This document shows positions 8,196 to 18,714 of a DNA stretch of 64,000 nucleotides, one piece after another (within the stretch, counting starts at the first letter, position 1; every line of letters begins with the position of its first letter). The stretch is from Methylococcaceae bacterium UBA2780 (GTDB taxonomy: Bacteria > Pseudomonadota > Gammaproteobacteria > Methylococcales > UBA2780): the NCBI GenBank assembly GCA_002352345.1, contig DEIG01000008.1, positions 21,420 to 85,419 on the forward strand, in the 5' to 3' direction. Under the pieces are notes generated by a model that was not told the DNA's origin, ran no database searches, and was given only the letters and a program-made list of their open reading frames with translations. Made by a program: the position numbers and the translations under genes.

Positions 8196-9308
8196 ATGTT
8201 GAAAAAAACAGTCTTCGCTCTGCTTGCTGCTTCCCTTTTGGTTGGCACAATTATCTATATAAAGCTCGGCCAATTTGGCGCAATGGAAGAGGCCAAACAA
8301 AGCATGGTGCCCCCCCCACAAACCGTGACCGCCATGCACATAAAAGAAGAGCAGTGGGAACAAATCATTTCTGCTACTGCCACTGTAACAGCGGTGCAAG
8401 GTGTCGAAATAAGCGCCGAAACTGGCGGAAGAGTGGTTTATATAGGCTTTAAATCTGGTTCAACCGTTAAGAAAGGCGACCTCCTTCTTAAACTCGATAC
8501 CGCAAGTGAGGATGCCCAGCTCGTCTCAGCAGAGGCCTCAGTTATACTTGCTAACGCAAACCTCAAGCGGATTAGCAGACTCAGAAAGCAAAATGTCGCC
8601 TCTCAAGATGCGCTTGATAGCGCGAAAGCGAAAGCAAAAGAAGCTAAAGCACAGGTACAAAACATGCTTGCTTTAATCGCTAAAAAGACAGTTCGCGCCC
8701 CTTTTTCTGGTCGACTTGGATTACGGCTAATTAACCTTGGTGAAATTTTAAAAGAGGGCGCTCCAATCGTCTCCTTGCAAACGCTTGATCCAATATATGT
8801 CGACTTCTCCATTCCACAAAAATCACTGCCAGCCCTCAAAACAGGGCTCGAAGTGCGTGTTGCGGTTGATGCCGCACCCGGCAAAATCTTCAGCGGCAAA
8901 ATAATGGCTAAAAATCCTGACGTAGATCTCGCGACACGTAGCGTAAGGGTTCGTTCACAAATTGCCAATTCTGATGAAATCCTGCGAGCTGGAATGTTTG
9001 CAACAGCAAGCGTGGTGATGGCTGGAAAACAAACTGTCTTGCCTGTCGTATCGACCGCAATATCATACGCAACCTTTGGGGACTCAGTCTTTGTGATCGA
9101 AAAACAGGGCGATGAGCAGCTACTTCGCCAGCAATTTGTCCGCTTAGGTGAAACACGGGGCGACTATGTTGATATCGTCGATGGATTAAAGGCAGGTGAA
9201 ACGGTTGTTACAAGCGGCCTGTTCAAGTTTCGCAGTGGCATGAAAGTGGTTATTGATAATACGCTAGCCCCTAAAGCCAGTCTTACGCCCAGCCCTGTAG
9301 ATTCTTAA
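8196..9308 (+). CDS. RND efflux periplasmic adaptor (membrane fusion protein)
   Basis: N-terminal anchor helix, a coiled-coil hairpin region and beta-barrel blocks typical of the HlyD/AcrA family. It lies immediately upstream of the RND pump. I chose the ATG at 8196 (MLKKTVFALLAASLL); the upstream extension looks non-coding. Confidence 0.85.
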   Translation: MLKKTVFALLAASLLVGTIIYIKLGQFGAMEEAKQSMVPPPQTVTAMHIKEEQWEQIISATATVTAVQGVEISAETGGRVVYIGFKSGSTVKKGDLLLKLDTASEDAQLVSAEASVILANANLKRISRLRKQNVASQDALDSAKAKAKEAKAQVQNMLALIAKKTVRAPFSGRLGLRLINLGEILKEGAPIVSLQTLDPIYVDFSIPQKSLPALKTGLEVRVAVDAAPGKIFSGKIMAKNPDVDLATRSVRVRSQIANSDEILRAGMFATASVVMAGKQTVLPVVSTAISYATFGDSVFVIEKQGDEQLLRQQFVRLGETRGDYVDIVDGLKAGETVVTSGLFKFRSGMKVVIDNTLAPKASLTPSPVDS

Positions 9309-9320
9309 AATAGCCTTTTC

Positions 9321-12300
9321 ATGAGCAATACATTTACAGATCTGTTTATTCGGCGGCCCGTTCTGGCTATCGTCGTCAACCTCATTATTGTTATTGCCGG
9401 GCTTAACGCATGGAATTCATTGAGCGTAAGACAATACCCGCTTAGTGAAAACGCATCTGTTCAAATATCAACTGTTTATGTTGGCGCTAGCGCTGAGCTT
9501 GTTCGTGGCTTTATCACGACACCTTTGGAGCATGCCGTCGGGGCTGCGGAAGGCATTGACTATGTCGAGTCTAAAAGCTTGCAGGGGATTTCAATTATCA
9601 CTGCACGGCTCAAGCTTAACTATGACTCAACCAAGGCTCTCGCTGATATTTCATCCAAGGTAGACCAAGTTCGAAATGACCTACCTACCGAGGCCGAAGT
9701 GCCCGCCATCAGTGTATTATCGGCAGACTCCGAATTTGCTGCGGCCTATTTAAGTTACTCATCTGACATTCTCTCCCAAGAGCAGATAACCGATTACCTT
9801 GCCCGCGTTGTACAGCCTCGTCTATCTGCAATCACCGGTGTGCAGCGCATTCAGATTTATGGCGCCAGAACATTTGCAATGCGTATTTGGCTTAAACCTG
9901 AACGCATGGCTGCACTGGGCATCAGCCCCTCACAAGTGCAGCAGGCATTAGCTGCCAACAACTATCTGGCCGCGATTGGCAGCACTAAAGGTGCACTCGT
10001 ACAGACTAAGTTAGCTGCCAATACCGACCTTCATACAGAAGAGGAATTTCGAGATTTAATCATTTTCCAAAAAGATGACACCATTATTCGTCTACAGGAT
10101 ATTGCAGAAATCAAACTGGGCTCCGAAGATTATGATACGCAGGTGCGATATTCCGGACATACCGCCGTTTTTGCCGGTGTATTCCCCCAGCCTAATGCCA
10201 ATATTATTGATGTAATCGACGCTGTACGCGTAGAGCTAGGAAAACTCGAACACGACTTGCCGCAAGGCCTTGATGCAAGTATTGGCTACGATGCTTCGGC
10301 CTATGTAAGTGATGCAATTCACGAAGTCACACGCACTTTGATCGAAACATTACTTATCGTGATTGTCGTTATTTTTCTCTTCCTCGGCTCATATCGCTCC
10401 GTACTGATTCCGGTGATGGCCATCCCCGTTTCGCTTATTGGCGGTATCTTTTTGATGCAACTGTTTGGCTTTACACTCAACCTGTTAACACTGCTTGCGA
10501 TCGTTTTATCGGTCGGCCTAGTGGTCGATGATGCGATCGTTATGGTTGAGAATGTCGAGCGACACCTGCGCGAGGGGCGTACACCAAAAGAGGCCGCAAT
10601 ACTTGGTGCCCGTGAACTGGTTGCACCCGTCATCGCGATGACAGTCACGCTGGTGGCCGTTTACATTCCGGTTGGTCTGCAGGGTGGCTTAACGGGCGCA
10701 CTGTTCCGAGAATTTGCATTTACACTTGCTGGCGCCGTAACCATATCGGGGATCGTCGCACTCACCTTGTCCCCAACCATGTCTGCCAGCTTACTTCGCA
10801 GCGCAGAAGATGAAGAGCGCGGCCTAACAGGCTGGGTCAATCACCTATTCGATCGAATCCGAATCGCTTACGGTCGATTGCTCGGCCACACGCTAAAAGC
10901 TAGACCTGCCGTCTATCTAATTTGGATTGTGATCAGCTTATGTACCATTCCAATGTACTTAATGTCTCCAAACGAGCTAGCGCCCTCCGAAGACCAGAGT
11001 GTGCTATTTGGCATCATCAATACTTCTGCTAATGCCACCACAGATCAGAATGCAGTTTATGCTGAAGCAGCCGAAAAAATCATGCTCGACACAACGGAAT
11101 CAGCACTCACATTTCAGCTCCTCTTTCCTCCATCCATCGGGGCAACAATTGGAGCCGATGGATTCAGTGGTATGGTGGTAAAGCCCTGGGCTGAACGTGA
11201 CCGAAGCGTCAAAGAAATCTTGCCTGAAATACAGGCAAAAGTTTCAAAAATCCCCGGCATTCAAACACTGATGACATTACCGCCAGCACTACCGGGTGGT
11301 AGCAATTTTCCTGTCGAATTTGTTATCACTTCGACTGCCGATTCAAAAGAGTTGCACAAAATTGCTCAAGCGCTACAAAAAAGAGCGCAAGAAAGCGGAC
11401 TCTTCCCCTTTCCTCCCATCATCGATATGAAATTAGATCAGCCACAAGATACTCTGCTGTTTGATCGAGATAAACTTGCAGCGCTTGGCCTAAACCTGTC
11501 TCAAGTAGGTGCCAATCTTGCTGTCGCTACCGGAGGAAATTTCGTCAACCGTTTCAATATGGAGGGCCGAAGCTACAAGGTTATTCCACAAATACAACGC
11601 GCTGACCGCTTAAATAGCGAGCAACTACGTGATATTTACATCCCTGCAGGAGATGGACAAATGGTGCCGCTATCATCATTTGCTCATATCGAACATGGGG
11701 TTGCCGCCCGATCACTAAACCGATTCCAGCAACTCAATTCGGTCAAACTTTCAGGCATGACTACTCGCACACTGGATGATGCGCTAATTTTCCTCGAAGA
11801 GGCAGCACGTAAGCTCCTGCCACCAGGATACAGTTTTGACTATACGGGTGAATCCCGCCAACTACGGAAAGAGGGCAATAAATTTATTCCTGCCTTTTCG
11901 CTGGCGGTTATTTTAATTTTTCTTGTCCTGGCCGTGCAGTTCAACTCATTTCGTGATCCATTCGTGATCCTCGCCGGTTCTGTACCTTTAGCAATGTTTG
12001 GTGCGTTGATTTTCACTGTACTCAAAATACCCGATCCCAACACCCCATTCTGGACAAATGGCTGGACCACAACCATGAATATTTATGCCCAAGTTGGTTT
12101 AGTCACCCTCGTTGGATTGATTGCAAAAAATGGCATTTTGATTGTTGAGTTTGCAAACAAACTTCAAGAGCAGGGCGTCAGTAAAGTCAACGCCATAAAA
12201 GAGGCGGCAATGACACGATTGCGTCCGGTATTGATGACAAGCATTGCAACCATTGCTGGCCATTTCCCGTTGGTGCTAGTGACAGGAGCCGGAGCCGCCG

Positions 12301-12428
12301 CAAGAAACTCTATCGGTTTAGTGCTCGTTGGAGGCATGGCAATTGGTACGCTATTCACACTCTTTGTTGTTCCATCGCTATACATACTGATAGCAAAGAA
12401 GAGAAATAGAGAAGATCAAAAAAGTTAA
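9321..12428 (+). CDS. RND efflux transporter, inner-membrane permease (AcrB/MdtC-like)
   Basis: 1035 aa. N-terminus FIRRPVLAIVVNLIIVIAG, the duplicated 12-TM architecture, and VGLVVDDAIVMVENVERH are all typical of the AcrB family. Confidence 0.92.
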   Translation: MSNTFTDLFIRRPVLAIVVNLIIVIAGLNAWNSLSVRQYPLSENASVQISTVYVGASAELVRGFITTPLEHAVGAAEGIDYVESKSLQGISIITARLKLNYDSTKALADISSKVDQVRNDLPTEAEVPAISVLSADSEFAAAYLSYSSDILSQEQITDYLARVVQPRLSAITGVQRIQIYGARTFAMRIWLKPERMAALGISPSQVQQALAANNYLAAIGSTKGALVQTKLAANTDLHTEEEFRDLIIFQKDDTIIRLQDIAEIKLGSEDYDTQVRYSGHTAVFAGVFPQPNANIIDVIDAVRVELGKLEHDLPQGLDASIGYDASAYVSDAIHEVTRTLIETLLIVIVVIFLFLGSYRSVLIPVMAIPVSLIGGIFLMQLFGFTLNLLTLLAIVLSVGLVVDDAIVMVENVERHLREGRTPKEAAILGARELVAPVIAMTVTLVAVYIPVGLQGGLTGALFREFAFTLAGAVTISGIVALTLSPTMSASLLRSAEDEERGLTGWVNHLFDRIRIAYGRLLGHTLKARPAVYLIWIVISLCTIPMYLMSPNELAPSEDQSVLFGIINTSANATTDQNAVYAEAAEKIMLDTTESALTFQLLFPPSIGATIGADGFSGMVVKPWAERDRSVKEILPEIQAKVSKIPGIQTLMTLPPALPGGSNFPVEFVITSTADSKELHKIAQALQKRAQESGLFPFPPIIDMKLDQPQDTLLFDRDKLAALGLNLSQVGANLAVATGGNFVNRFNMEGRSYKVIPQIQRADRLNSEQLRDIYIPAGDGQMVPLSSFAHIEHGVAARSLNRFQQLNSVKLSGMTTRTLDDALIFLEEAARKLLPPGYSFDYTGESRQLRKEGNKFIPAFSLAVILIFLVLAVQFNSFRDPFVILAGSVPLAMFGALIFTVLKIPDPNTPFWTNGWTTTMNIYAQVGLVTLVGLIAKNGILIVEFANKLQEQGVSKVNAIKEAAMTRLRPVLMTSIATIAGHFPLVLVTGAGAAARNSIGLVLVGGMAIGTLFTLFVVPSLYILIAKKRNREDQKS

Positions 12429-12485
12429 AGTAGCTTGCAGTAGTTAGAACCTTTCTGTGAAAAACTGAAAACTCAAACAAAAAAA

Positions 12486-12517
12486 GCCAAGCCCCTTTAT
12501 AAGGCTTGGCCTCTTTT
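12486..12517. terminator. Hairpin terminator between the convergent RND pump and lpd genes
   Basis: Stem GCCAAGCC, loop cctttataa, stem GGCTTGGC. An A-run lies on the left (a T-run for the minus strand) and cTCTTTTG on the right. Confidence 0.7.
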
Positions 12518-12528
12518 GTCTTACTCAG

Positions 12529-14262
12529 CTATTTCTTTTTGACGTAAAGATCAGTAATCGTCCCATCAATCATTTCAGCAGCAAAACCAAAAGTTTCAGA
12601 TAAAGTTGGGTGTGGATGGATCGACAAACCGATATCTTCGGCATCCGCCCCCATTTCCAGCGCAAGAACCGCTTCTGCAATCAACTCACCTGCATTAGGG
12701 CCCACCATTCCCGCCCCAAGAATTCGGCCTGTCTCCTTATCGCAGAGCATTTTGGTCAGCCCTTCATTGCGCCCTAAACTTAATGAGCGGCCACTTGCCG
12801 CCCAGGGGAACGCCCCTTTATCGTAAGCAATACCCTGCTTTTTAGCTTCAATCTCGGTTAAGCCCATCCATGCGACTTCTGGATCGGTATAGGCAACCGA
12901 TGGAATGGTGAGCGCATCAAAGCCTGATTTATGACCCGATAGCACCTCCGCCGCCACTTTGCCTTCATGCACTGCCTTGTGGGCGAGCATCGGGTTGCCA
13001 ACAATATCACCAATGGCATAAATGTTGGGTTGGTTCGTCTCTTGCTGACGATTGACCGGAATAAAGCCAGCCTCATCAACAATCAATCCGGCATTTTCAG
13101 CACCAATCAATTTGCCATTTGGACGACGCCCCACCGCGACCAAAACGCGATCAAAAACGGTTGGCTCTGGCGCATTATTTCCTTCGAAAGTCACTTTTAA
13201 ACCTTCATCAAGCGGCTCAATCGAAGCAACTTTTGTTTTTAGCCAGATATCTTCGTATTGCTTTTTGATGCGATTATGCAGCGGCTTAACCAAGTCTTTG
13301 TCACAACCTGGGATCAGCTGATCCATCAACTCAACAACACTAATCTTTGAGCCAAAGGCATGATAGACCGTTGCCATTTCAAGACCGATAATACCGCCCC
13401 CAACGATCAGCAATTTTTCTGGGATCTCGTCTAGGTTCAACGCATCGGTTGAATCCATCAATCGTGGATCATCATTAGGGAAGACAGGAATTTTAGTCAC
13501 TTGTGACCCAGCAGCGATTACCGCATGGTCAAACGAGATCGTCTCAACACCTTCAGCAGATGTCACTTCGATTGTTTGCGCTGAGGAAAAATTCCCCTCT
13601 CCCTGAACAACAGTCACCTTACGTTGCTTTGCCAACCCGGCTAGGCCACCGTTAAGTGATTTTGTTACACCCTCTTTAAACTCACGAATCTTGTCGATAT
13701 CCAGTTCTGGCTTCCCAAAGGTAATACCATGACTGCCCATCTCCTCTGCTTCATGAACAATCTGCGCCATGTGCAGCAGTGCTTTAGAAGGGATACAGCC
13801 AACATTTAAGCAAACACCGCCCAACACAGGATAACGTTCGACCAGAACCACCTGTTTACCTAAGTCCGCCGCACGAAAGGCCGCCGTGTAACCGCCGGGG
13901 CCACCACCAAGAACTAAAACTTCAGCATGTCTGTCTGCATCGCCCTGCGGCACGGCTGCCTTAGGCGCAACAGGGGCCTCTTTAACCGGCTCAGCAGCCG
14001 GTTTAGCTTCTGCACTACTCGCTGAGGCTTCTACTTTAACAATCACATCGCCTTCAGAAACCTGATCACCAACGTTCACCAGAATTTCTCTAACAACACC
14101 ACCCACAGAACTTGGAATTTCCATACTGGCTTTATCGCTTTCTAGCGAAACCAGTGGATCTTCTTCTTGTATGCTGTCGCCCACAGAAACCATGATTTCT
14201 ATAACATCGACACCGCTAAAGTCACCAATATCAGGAACCTTTACTTCAATCAAATCAGCCAT
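12529..14262 (-). CDS. lpdA: Dihydrolipoyl dehydrogenase (E3) with an N-terminal lipoyl domain
   Basis: 577 aa. Lipoyl domain (VSLESDKASMEIPS), Ala/Pro linker, FAD-binding GGGPGGYTAAFRAA and redox-active CLNVGCIPSK. It follows aceE-aceF. Confidence 0.93.
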   Translation of the reverse strand: MADLIEVKVPDIGDFSGVDVIEIMVSVGDSIQEEDPLVSLESDKASMEIPSSVGGVVREILVNVGDQVSEGDVIVKVEASASSAEAKPAAEPVKEAPVAPKAAVPQGDADRHAEVLVLGGGPGGYTAAFRAADLGKQVVLVERYPVLGGVCLNVGCIPSKALLHMAQIVHEAEEMGSHGITFGKPELDIDKIREFKEGVTKSLNGGLAGLAKQRKVTVVQGEGNFSSAQTIEVTSAEGVETISFDHAVIAAGSQVTKIPVFPNDDPRLMDSTDALNLDEIPEKLLIVGGGIIGLEMATVYHAFGSKISVVELMDQLIPGCDKDLVKPLHNRIKKQYEDIWLKTKVASIEPLDEGLKVTFEGNNAPEPTVFDRVLVAVGRRPNGKLIGAENAGLIVDEAGFIPVNRQQETNQPNIYAIGDIVGNPMLAHKAVHEGKVAAEVLSGHKSGFDALTIPSVAYTDPEVAWMGLTEIEAKKQGIAYDKGAFPWAASGRSLSLGRNEGLTKMLCDKETGRILGAGMVGPNAGELIAEAVLALEMGADAEDIGLSIHPHPTLSETFGFAAEMIDGTITDLYVKKK

Positions 14263-14277
14263 TTTTCTACTCCTTGA

Positions 14278-15846
14278 TTAAAGTAAAAGGCGACGAATAT
14301 CGCCAAGATATTGAGAGACGGCAACACAGAAACGCGCTGCATCCGCACCATCAATCACCCGGTGATCGTAGGTTAGATCGAGTGGCACCATCAGACGCGG
14401 TGCAAACTCAGATCCATCCCAAATCGGTTTAATGCTTGAGCGAGTAACCCCCAAAATAGCCACTTCGGGCGCATTAACGATTGGCGTAAATGCCGTTCCA
14501 CCAATCCCGCCAAGGCTGGAGATGGTCATACAACCGCCCTGCATATCGGCTGGCATCAACTTACCATTTCTTGCTTTGGCGCTAATCTCCGCCATTTCAG
14601 CCGATAGCTCATAAAGGCTTTTCTGGTCAACGTCTTTAAAGACTGGCACAACCAGACCATTGGGGGTATCCACCGCAATACCGATATTGAAGTATTTCTT
14701 GTAGATCAGGCTCTCACCATCGGCAGATAACGAAGCATTAAACTGCGGATACTGCTTCATCGCAGCAACCAGCGCCTTCATAATAAAGACAAGCCCAGTT
14801 ACCTTTACGCCCGCCTTTTCAGCTTCGGCCTTCATCGACTTCCGAAACGCTTCCATTTCGGTAATATCAGCCTCATCGTGATGCGTTACCATCGGCAAGT
14901 TCAGCCATGCGCGACTAAGATTTACACCAGTTAATCGTTTGATTTTACTGAGTTTCTGCTCTTCAATTTCACCAAACTTGCTGAAATCAACAGCTGGAAT
15001 TGGAGGAATACCCGCACCACCTTGAACTGCGGCTTTTCCACCGCCAGCCAAGGCCTGCTTAACGAAAGATTTAACATCTTCTTTAAGAATTCGCCCTTTT
15101 CTTCCACTTCCTTTACCCACCTTTACCAGATCGACACCCAGTTCACGTGCAAAACGCCTGATTGATGGTGTCGCATGTACACTGCCACCAATCGTAAGCG
15201 GTGTTTGTGATTCGGGAGCTTTTGCTGCTGCCGGTTTTTGTGGCGCTGCTTTTGCAGCTGCTGGCGCCGCTTCGGCCTGAACCGGCTTTTCTGCTGCTGG
15301 TGCTGATGCAGTTGTTGCCAGTAACGCAATGAGGTCCCCTTCGGAGATTTTATCGCCCACTTTGACTTTAACCTCTTGAACTATTCCAGCCTGCTCAGTT
15401 GGCACATCCATACTGGCTTTATCACTTTCGAGAACGACTAGCGTCTGTTCTGCTTCAACCTGATCCCCAGACTGAACCATCACCTCAATCACCTCGACTT
15501 CTGAGAAATCACCGATATCAGGAACTTTCGCCTCGTAAACCGCAGAAGCTGTCGCCTCCACAGCTGGTGCAGCACTTTCTTCAACGATTTCAGGGGCGCT
15601 AGCTGCACCCACCTCTAAAGTGATAACAACGCTTCCTTCTGAAACCATATCACCCACTGCCAGCTTAACCTCTTTAACGACACCGGCTGCAGTTGAGGGA
15701 ATATCCATGCTCGCCTTGTCGCTCTCCAAGACCGCTAAGGTTTGCTCTTCCTCAATTTGATCACCCGCTTGGACAGAGACCTCAATCACTTCAACTTCTG
15801 CAAAGTCACCAATATCTGGGATTTTAATTTCGACTATTTCACTCAT
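14278..15846 (-). CDS. aceF: Pyruvate dehydrogenase E2, dihydrolipoamide acetyltransferase (two lipoyl domains)
   Basis: Two lipoyl domains (LESDKASMD appears twice), subunit-binding domain ATPSIRRFARELGVDL, and catalytic DHRVIDG. Start set at the ATG at 15846 (MSEIVEIKIPD), 13 nt after the aceE stop. Confidence 0.93.
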   Translation of the reverse strand: MSEIVEIKIPDIGDFAEVEVIEVSVQAGDQIEEEQTLAVLESDKASMDIPSTAAGVVKEVKLAVGDMVSEGSVVITLEVGAASAPEIVEESAAPAVEATASAVYEAKVPDIGDFSEVEVIEVMVQSGDQVEAEQTLVVLESDKASMDVPTEQAGIVQEVKVKVGDKISEGDLIALLATTASAPAAEKPVQAEAAPAAAKAAPQKPAAAKAPESQTPLTIGGSVHATPSIRRFARELGVDLVKVGKGSGRKGRILKEDVKSFVKQALAGGGKAAVQGGAGIPPIPAVDFSKFGEIEEQKLSKIKRLTGVNLSRAWLNLPMVTHHDEADITEMEAFRKSMKAEAEKAGVKVTGLVFIMKALVAAMKQYPQFNASLSADGESLIYKKYFNIGIAVDTPNGLVVPVFKDVDQKSLYELSAEMAEISAKARNGKLMPADMQGGCMTISSLGGIGGTAFTPIVNAPEVAILGVTRSSIKPIWDGSEFAPRLMVPLDLTYDHRVIDGADAARFCVAVSQYLGDIRRLLL

Positions 15847-15859
15847 CTCAATTCCCCCC

Positions 15860-18538
15860 CTATACGCGCCACGGTGATTGTTTCTCTGGATCGATGCCAT
15901 ATTTGGCAATCGCGACTTCGACTTTAGCTGTTTCGAATTCTCCACTATCCGCCAGACTACTTAAGGCCGCAACGACAACGTGGTATCGATCAACCTCAAA
16001 AAAGCTACGCAGTTTTGCGCGTGTATCAGAACGACCAAAACCATCTGTTCCAAGCACCGTATAGGGCACCTCAACATAAGAGCTGATCTGCTCTGCAAAA
16101 AGGCGCATATAGTCCGTTGCAACAACCACAGGGCCACGTGTACCACCAAGACAACGTGCCACATGAGATTGACGTGGTGCTTCGGTTGGATGCAAACGGC
16201 TCCAACGCTCACATTCTTGCGCATCTCTAGCAAGCTCGGTAAAACTTGGGCAACTCCAGATATCAGACTCGATGCCCCAGTCTTCTTTCAGCAATATAGC
16301 AGCCTCTTCAACCTCACGAAGGATCGTTCCTGACCCCAATAATTGAACGCGCGAGCCTTCTGATTCACTACCTTGTTTGAGCTGGTACATCCCCTTGAGA
16401 ATATCCTCTTCGGCACCTTTAGGCATCGCAGGATGTTCGTAATTCTCATTCATTACGGTGATGTAATAGAAAATGTCTTCCTGCTCAACGTACATCCGCC
16501 GCATACCGTCCTGGACGATAACAGCCAATTCATAACTGTACGTTGGATCATACGAGATACAATTTGGTATCGTTGCTGACCAAAGATGGCTGTGGCCATC
16601 CTCATGTTGCAGCCCTTCACCATTTAGCGTTGTCCTGCCAGCTGTTCCACCGAGCAAAAATCCTCGTGTGCGTTGATCTGCCGCAGCCCAAATCAAATCG
16701 CCTACTCGCTGAAAACCAAACATTGAGTAGAAAATATAGAATGGAATCATGGGTACGCCGTGCGCTGAATAGGCGGTTCCTGCCGCAATCCAGTCGCTCA
16801 TACCACCTGCTTCATTAATACCTTCTTGCAAAATCTGCCCGTGCTTATCTTCTTTATAGAACATCAGCTGATCAGCATCTTGTGGTGTGTAGTTTTGCCC
16901 CGTTTGCGACCAAATCCCTAGCTGGCGAAACATCCCTTCCATTCCGAAAGTTCGTGACTCATCGGGCACAATTGGCACCACACGCTTGCCAACATTCTTA
17001 TCTTTGAGAAGGATATTCAATATCCGCACAAACGCCATTGTGGTCGAGATTTCGCGCCCCTCTCCGCTGCCTTGTAGCAGCGCTTTAAAGTCAGCCAAAC
17101 CTGGAACATCCAAAGCAATCGATTTTTCGCGACGCTCAGGGAGATAACCGCCCAGCTCCTCACGCTGCTTGCGCATATAATCGAGCTCTTTTGAACCCTC
17201 TTCAAATGTCAAATAGGGAAGCGATTCAATATCATCATCTTCCACAGGAAGTTCGAACTGATCGCGGAAATGGCGCAGCGCGTTATGGCTCATCTTTTTC
17301 TGCTGGTGCGTTGTATTTTGCGCTTCACCCGATTCGCCCATGCCATAACCTTTAATGGTTTTCGCAAGAATGACTGTCGGTTTACCATCGCTGTTCGCCG
17401 CTGCATGGAAAGCTGCAAATACTTTCGCAGGATCATGCCCGCCACGGTTCAACTCCCAAATATCCTGATCCGACCAATCGGCAACCATCGCCTTTAATTC
17501 AGGTGTATTGAAGAAATTCTCGCGTACATAGGCACCATCTTTCGCTTTAAACGTCTGATAATCACCATCTACGCATTCCGTCATCCTTTTCACTAACAGG
17601 CCGTCTTTATCGCGGGCAAGCAGCGCATCCCAGCGGTTACCCCAAACGAGCTTGATCACGTTCCATCCGGCGCCTCGGAAATTCCCTTCCAGCTCCTGAA
17701 TAATCTTTCCATTCCCTCTAACCGGCCCATCTAATCTCTGTAAATTACAGTTAATCACAAAAACAAGGTTATCGAGCTTTTCGCGCCCAGCCATGCCGAT
17801 CGCACCCAGTGACTCTGGTTCATCCGTTTCGCCATCGCCAAGGAAGGCCCAGACTTTACGGTCATAAGTATTCGCAAAGCCTCGATCTTGCAGATATTTC
17901 ATAAAACGAGCTTGATAGATTGCCATAATTGGCCCAAGCCCCATTGAAACCGTAGGGAACTGCCAAAAATCCGGCATCAGCCAAGGATGCGGATACGAAG
18001 AAAGCCCCTTACCATCGACCTCTTGACGAAAACCGTCCATCTGCTCTTGAGTCAACCGCCCTAGAAGGAATGCTCTCGCATAAACACCCGGCGCCGAGTG
18101 CCCCTGAACAAAGACTAAATCTCCACCATGTTTTTCAGAGGCGGCATGCCAGAAATGATTGTAGCCAACATCGTACAGCGTGGCTGCTGAAGAGAAGCTG
18201 GCAATATGCCCTCCCACATTAGTGTTTTTGTTGGCTCTTAATACCATCACCATCGCATTCCAACGCACATAGGAACGGATTTTATGCTCGATCGTTGTAT
18301 CACCCGGGAACTGCAGTTGCTGCTCAACCGGGATCGTGTTGATATAGGCTGTATTCGCACTAAAAGGGATATCTGCACCCGACTGCCTAGCGAGTGCGAC
18401 CAGTTGTTCAATCAAATAATGGGCTCTTTCCCCACCCTCTTCACGCAAAACAGCTTCAAGCGATTCGATCCACTCCTGTGTTTCAGTTGGGTCGACATCT
18501 TCATTTCCAAGCTGCTGCGCAATTAAACCATTGTTCAT
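15860..18538 (-). CDS. aceE: Pyruvate dehydrogenase E1 component (homodimeric type)
   Basis: 892 aa. Typical AceE length and blocks (GGHIASFSSAATLY, GDGETDEPES). It is the first gene of aceE-aceF-lpd. Confidence 0.95.
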   Translation of the reverse strand: MNNGLIAQQLGNEDVDPTETQEWIESLEAVLREEGGERAHYLIEQLVALARQSGADIPFSANTAYINTIPVEQQLQFPGDTTIEHKIRSYVRWNAMVMVLRANKNTNVGGHIASFSSAATLYDVGYNHFWHAASEKHGGDLVFVQGHSAPGVYARAFLLGRLTQEQMDGFRQEVDGKGLSSYPHPWLMPDFWQFPTVSMGLGPIMAIYQARFMKYLQDRGFANTYDRKVWAFLGDGETDEPESLGAIGMAGREKLDNLVFVINCNLQRLDGPVRGNGKIIQELEGNFRGAGWNVIKLVWGNRWDALLARDKDGLLVKRMTECVDGDYQTFKAKDGAYVRENFFNTPELKAMVADWSDQDIWELNRGGHDPAKVFAAFHAAANSDGKPTVILAKTIKGYGMGESGEAQNTTHQQKKMSHNALRHFRDQFELPVEDDDIESLPYLTFEEGSKELDYMRKQREELGGYLPERREKSIALDVPGLADFKALLQGSGEGREISTTMAFVRILNILLKDKNVGKRVVPIVPDESRTFGMEGMFRQLGIWSQTGQNYTPQDADQLMFYKEDKHGQILQEGINEAGGMSDWIAAGTAYSAHGVPMIPFYIFYSMFGFQRVGDLIWAAADQRTRGFLLGGTAGRTTLNGEGLQHEDGHSHLWSATIPNCISYDPTYSYELAVIVQDGMRRMYVEQEDIFYYITVMNENYEHPAMPKGAEEDILKGMYQLKQGSESEGSRVQLLGSGTILREVEEAAILLKEDWGIESDIWSCPSFTELARDAQECERWSRLHPTEAPRQSHVARCLGGTRGPVVVATDYMRLFAEQISSYVEVPYTVLGTDGFGRSDTRAKLRSFFEVDRYHVVVAALSSLADSGEFETAKVEVAIAKYGIDPEKQSPWRV

Positions 18539-18714
18539 TTTTTGCTCCTTATGGGCCTAAATATTTATTGTTAACGCCTTTTGGGCAAATTCAGTATATT
18601 TCAAAACTGGCTCACAGAACAATAATTGTTTCGCTATACTAGGCCAAAGCATAGTACATTTAGCCATCGATATATGTACTATTCAGAACAAACAAACCTA
18701 ACCGAGGAGAAAGC

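Noticed and set aside
8603-8968. A 121-aa minus-strand ORF inside the membrane fusion protein gene. Similar antisense ORFs of 60-115 aa occur inside leuC, acrB-like, lpd, aceE, gdhB and nqr genes.
   Set aside because: All are embedded antisense or out of frame within genes that have strong family signatures. None has a recognisable motif or ribosome-binding site.
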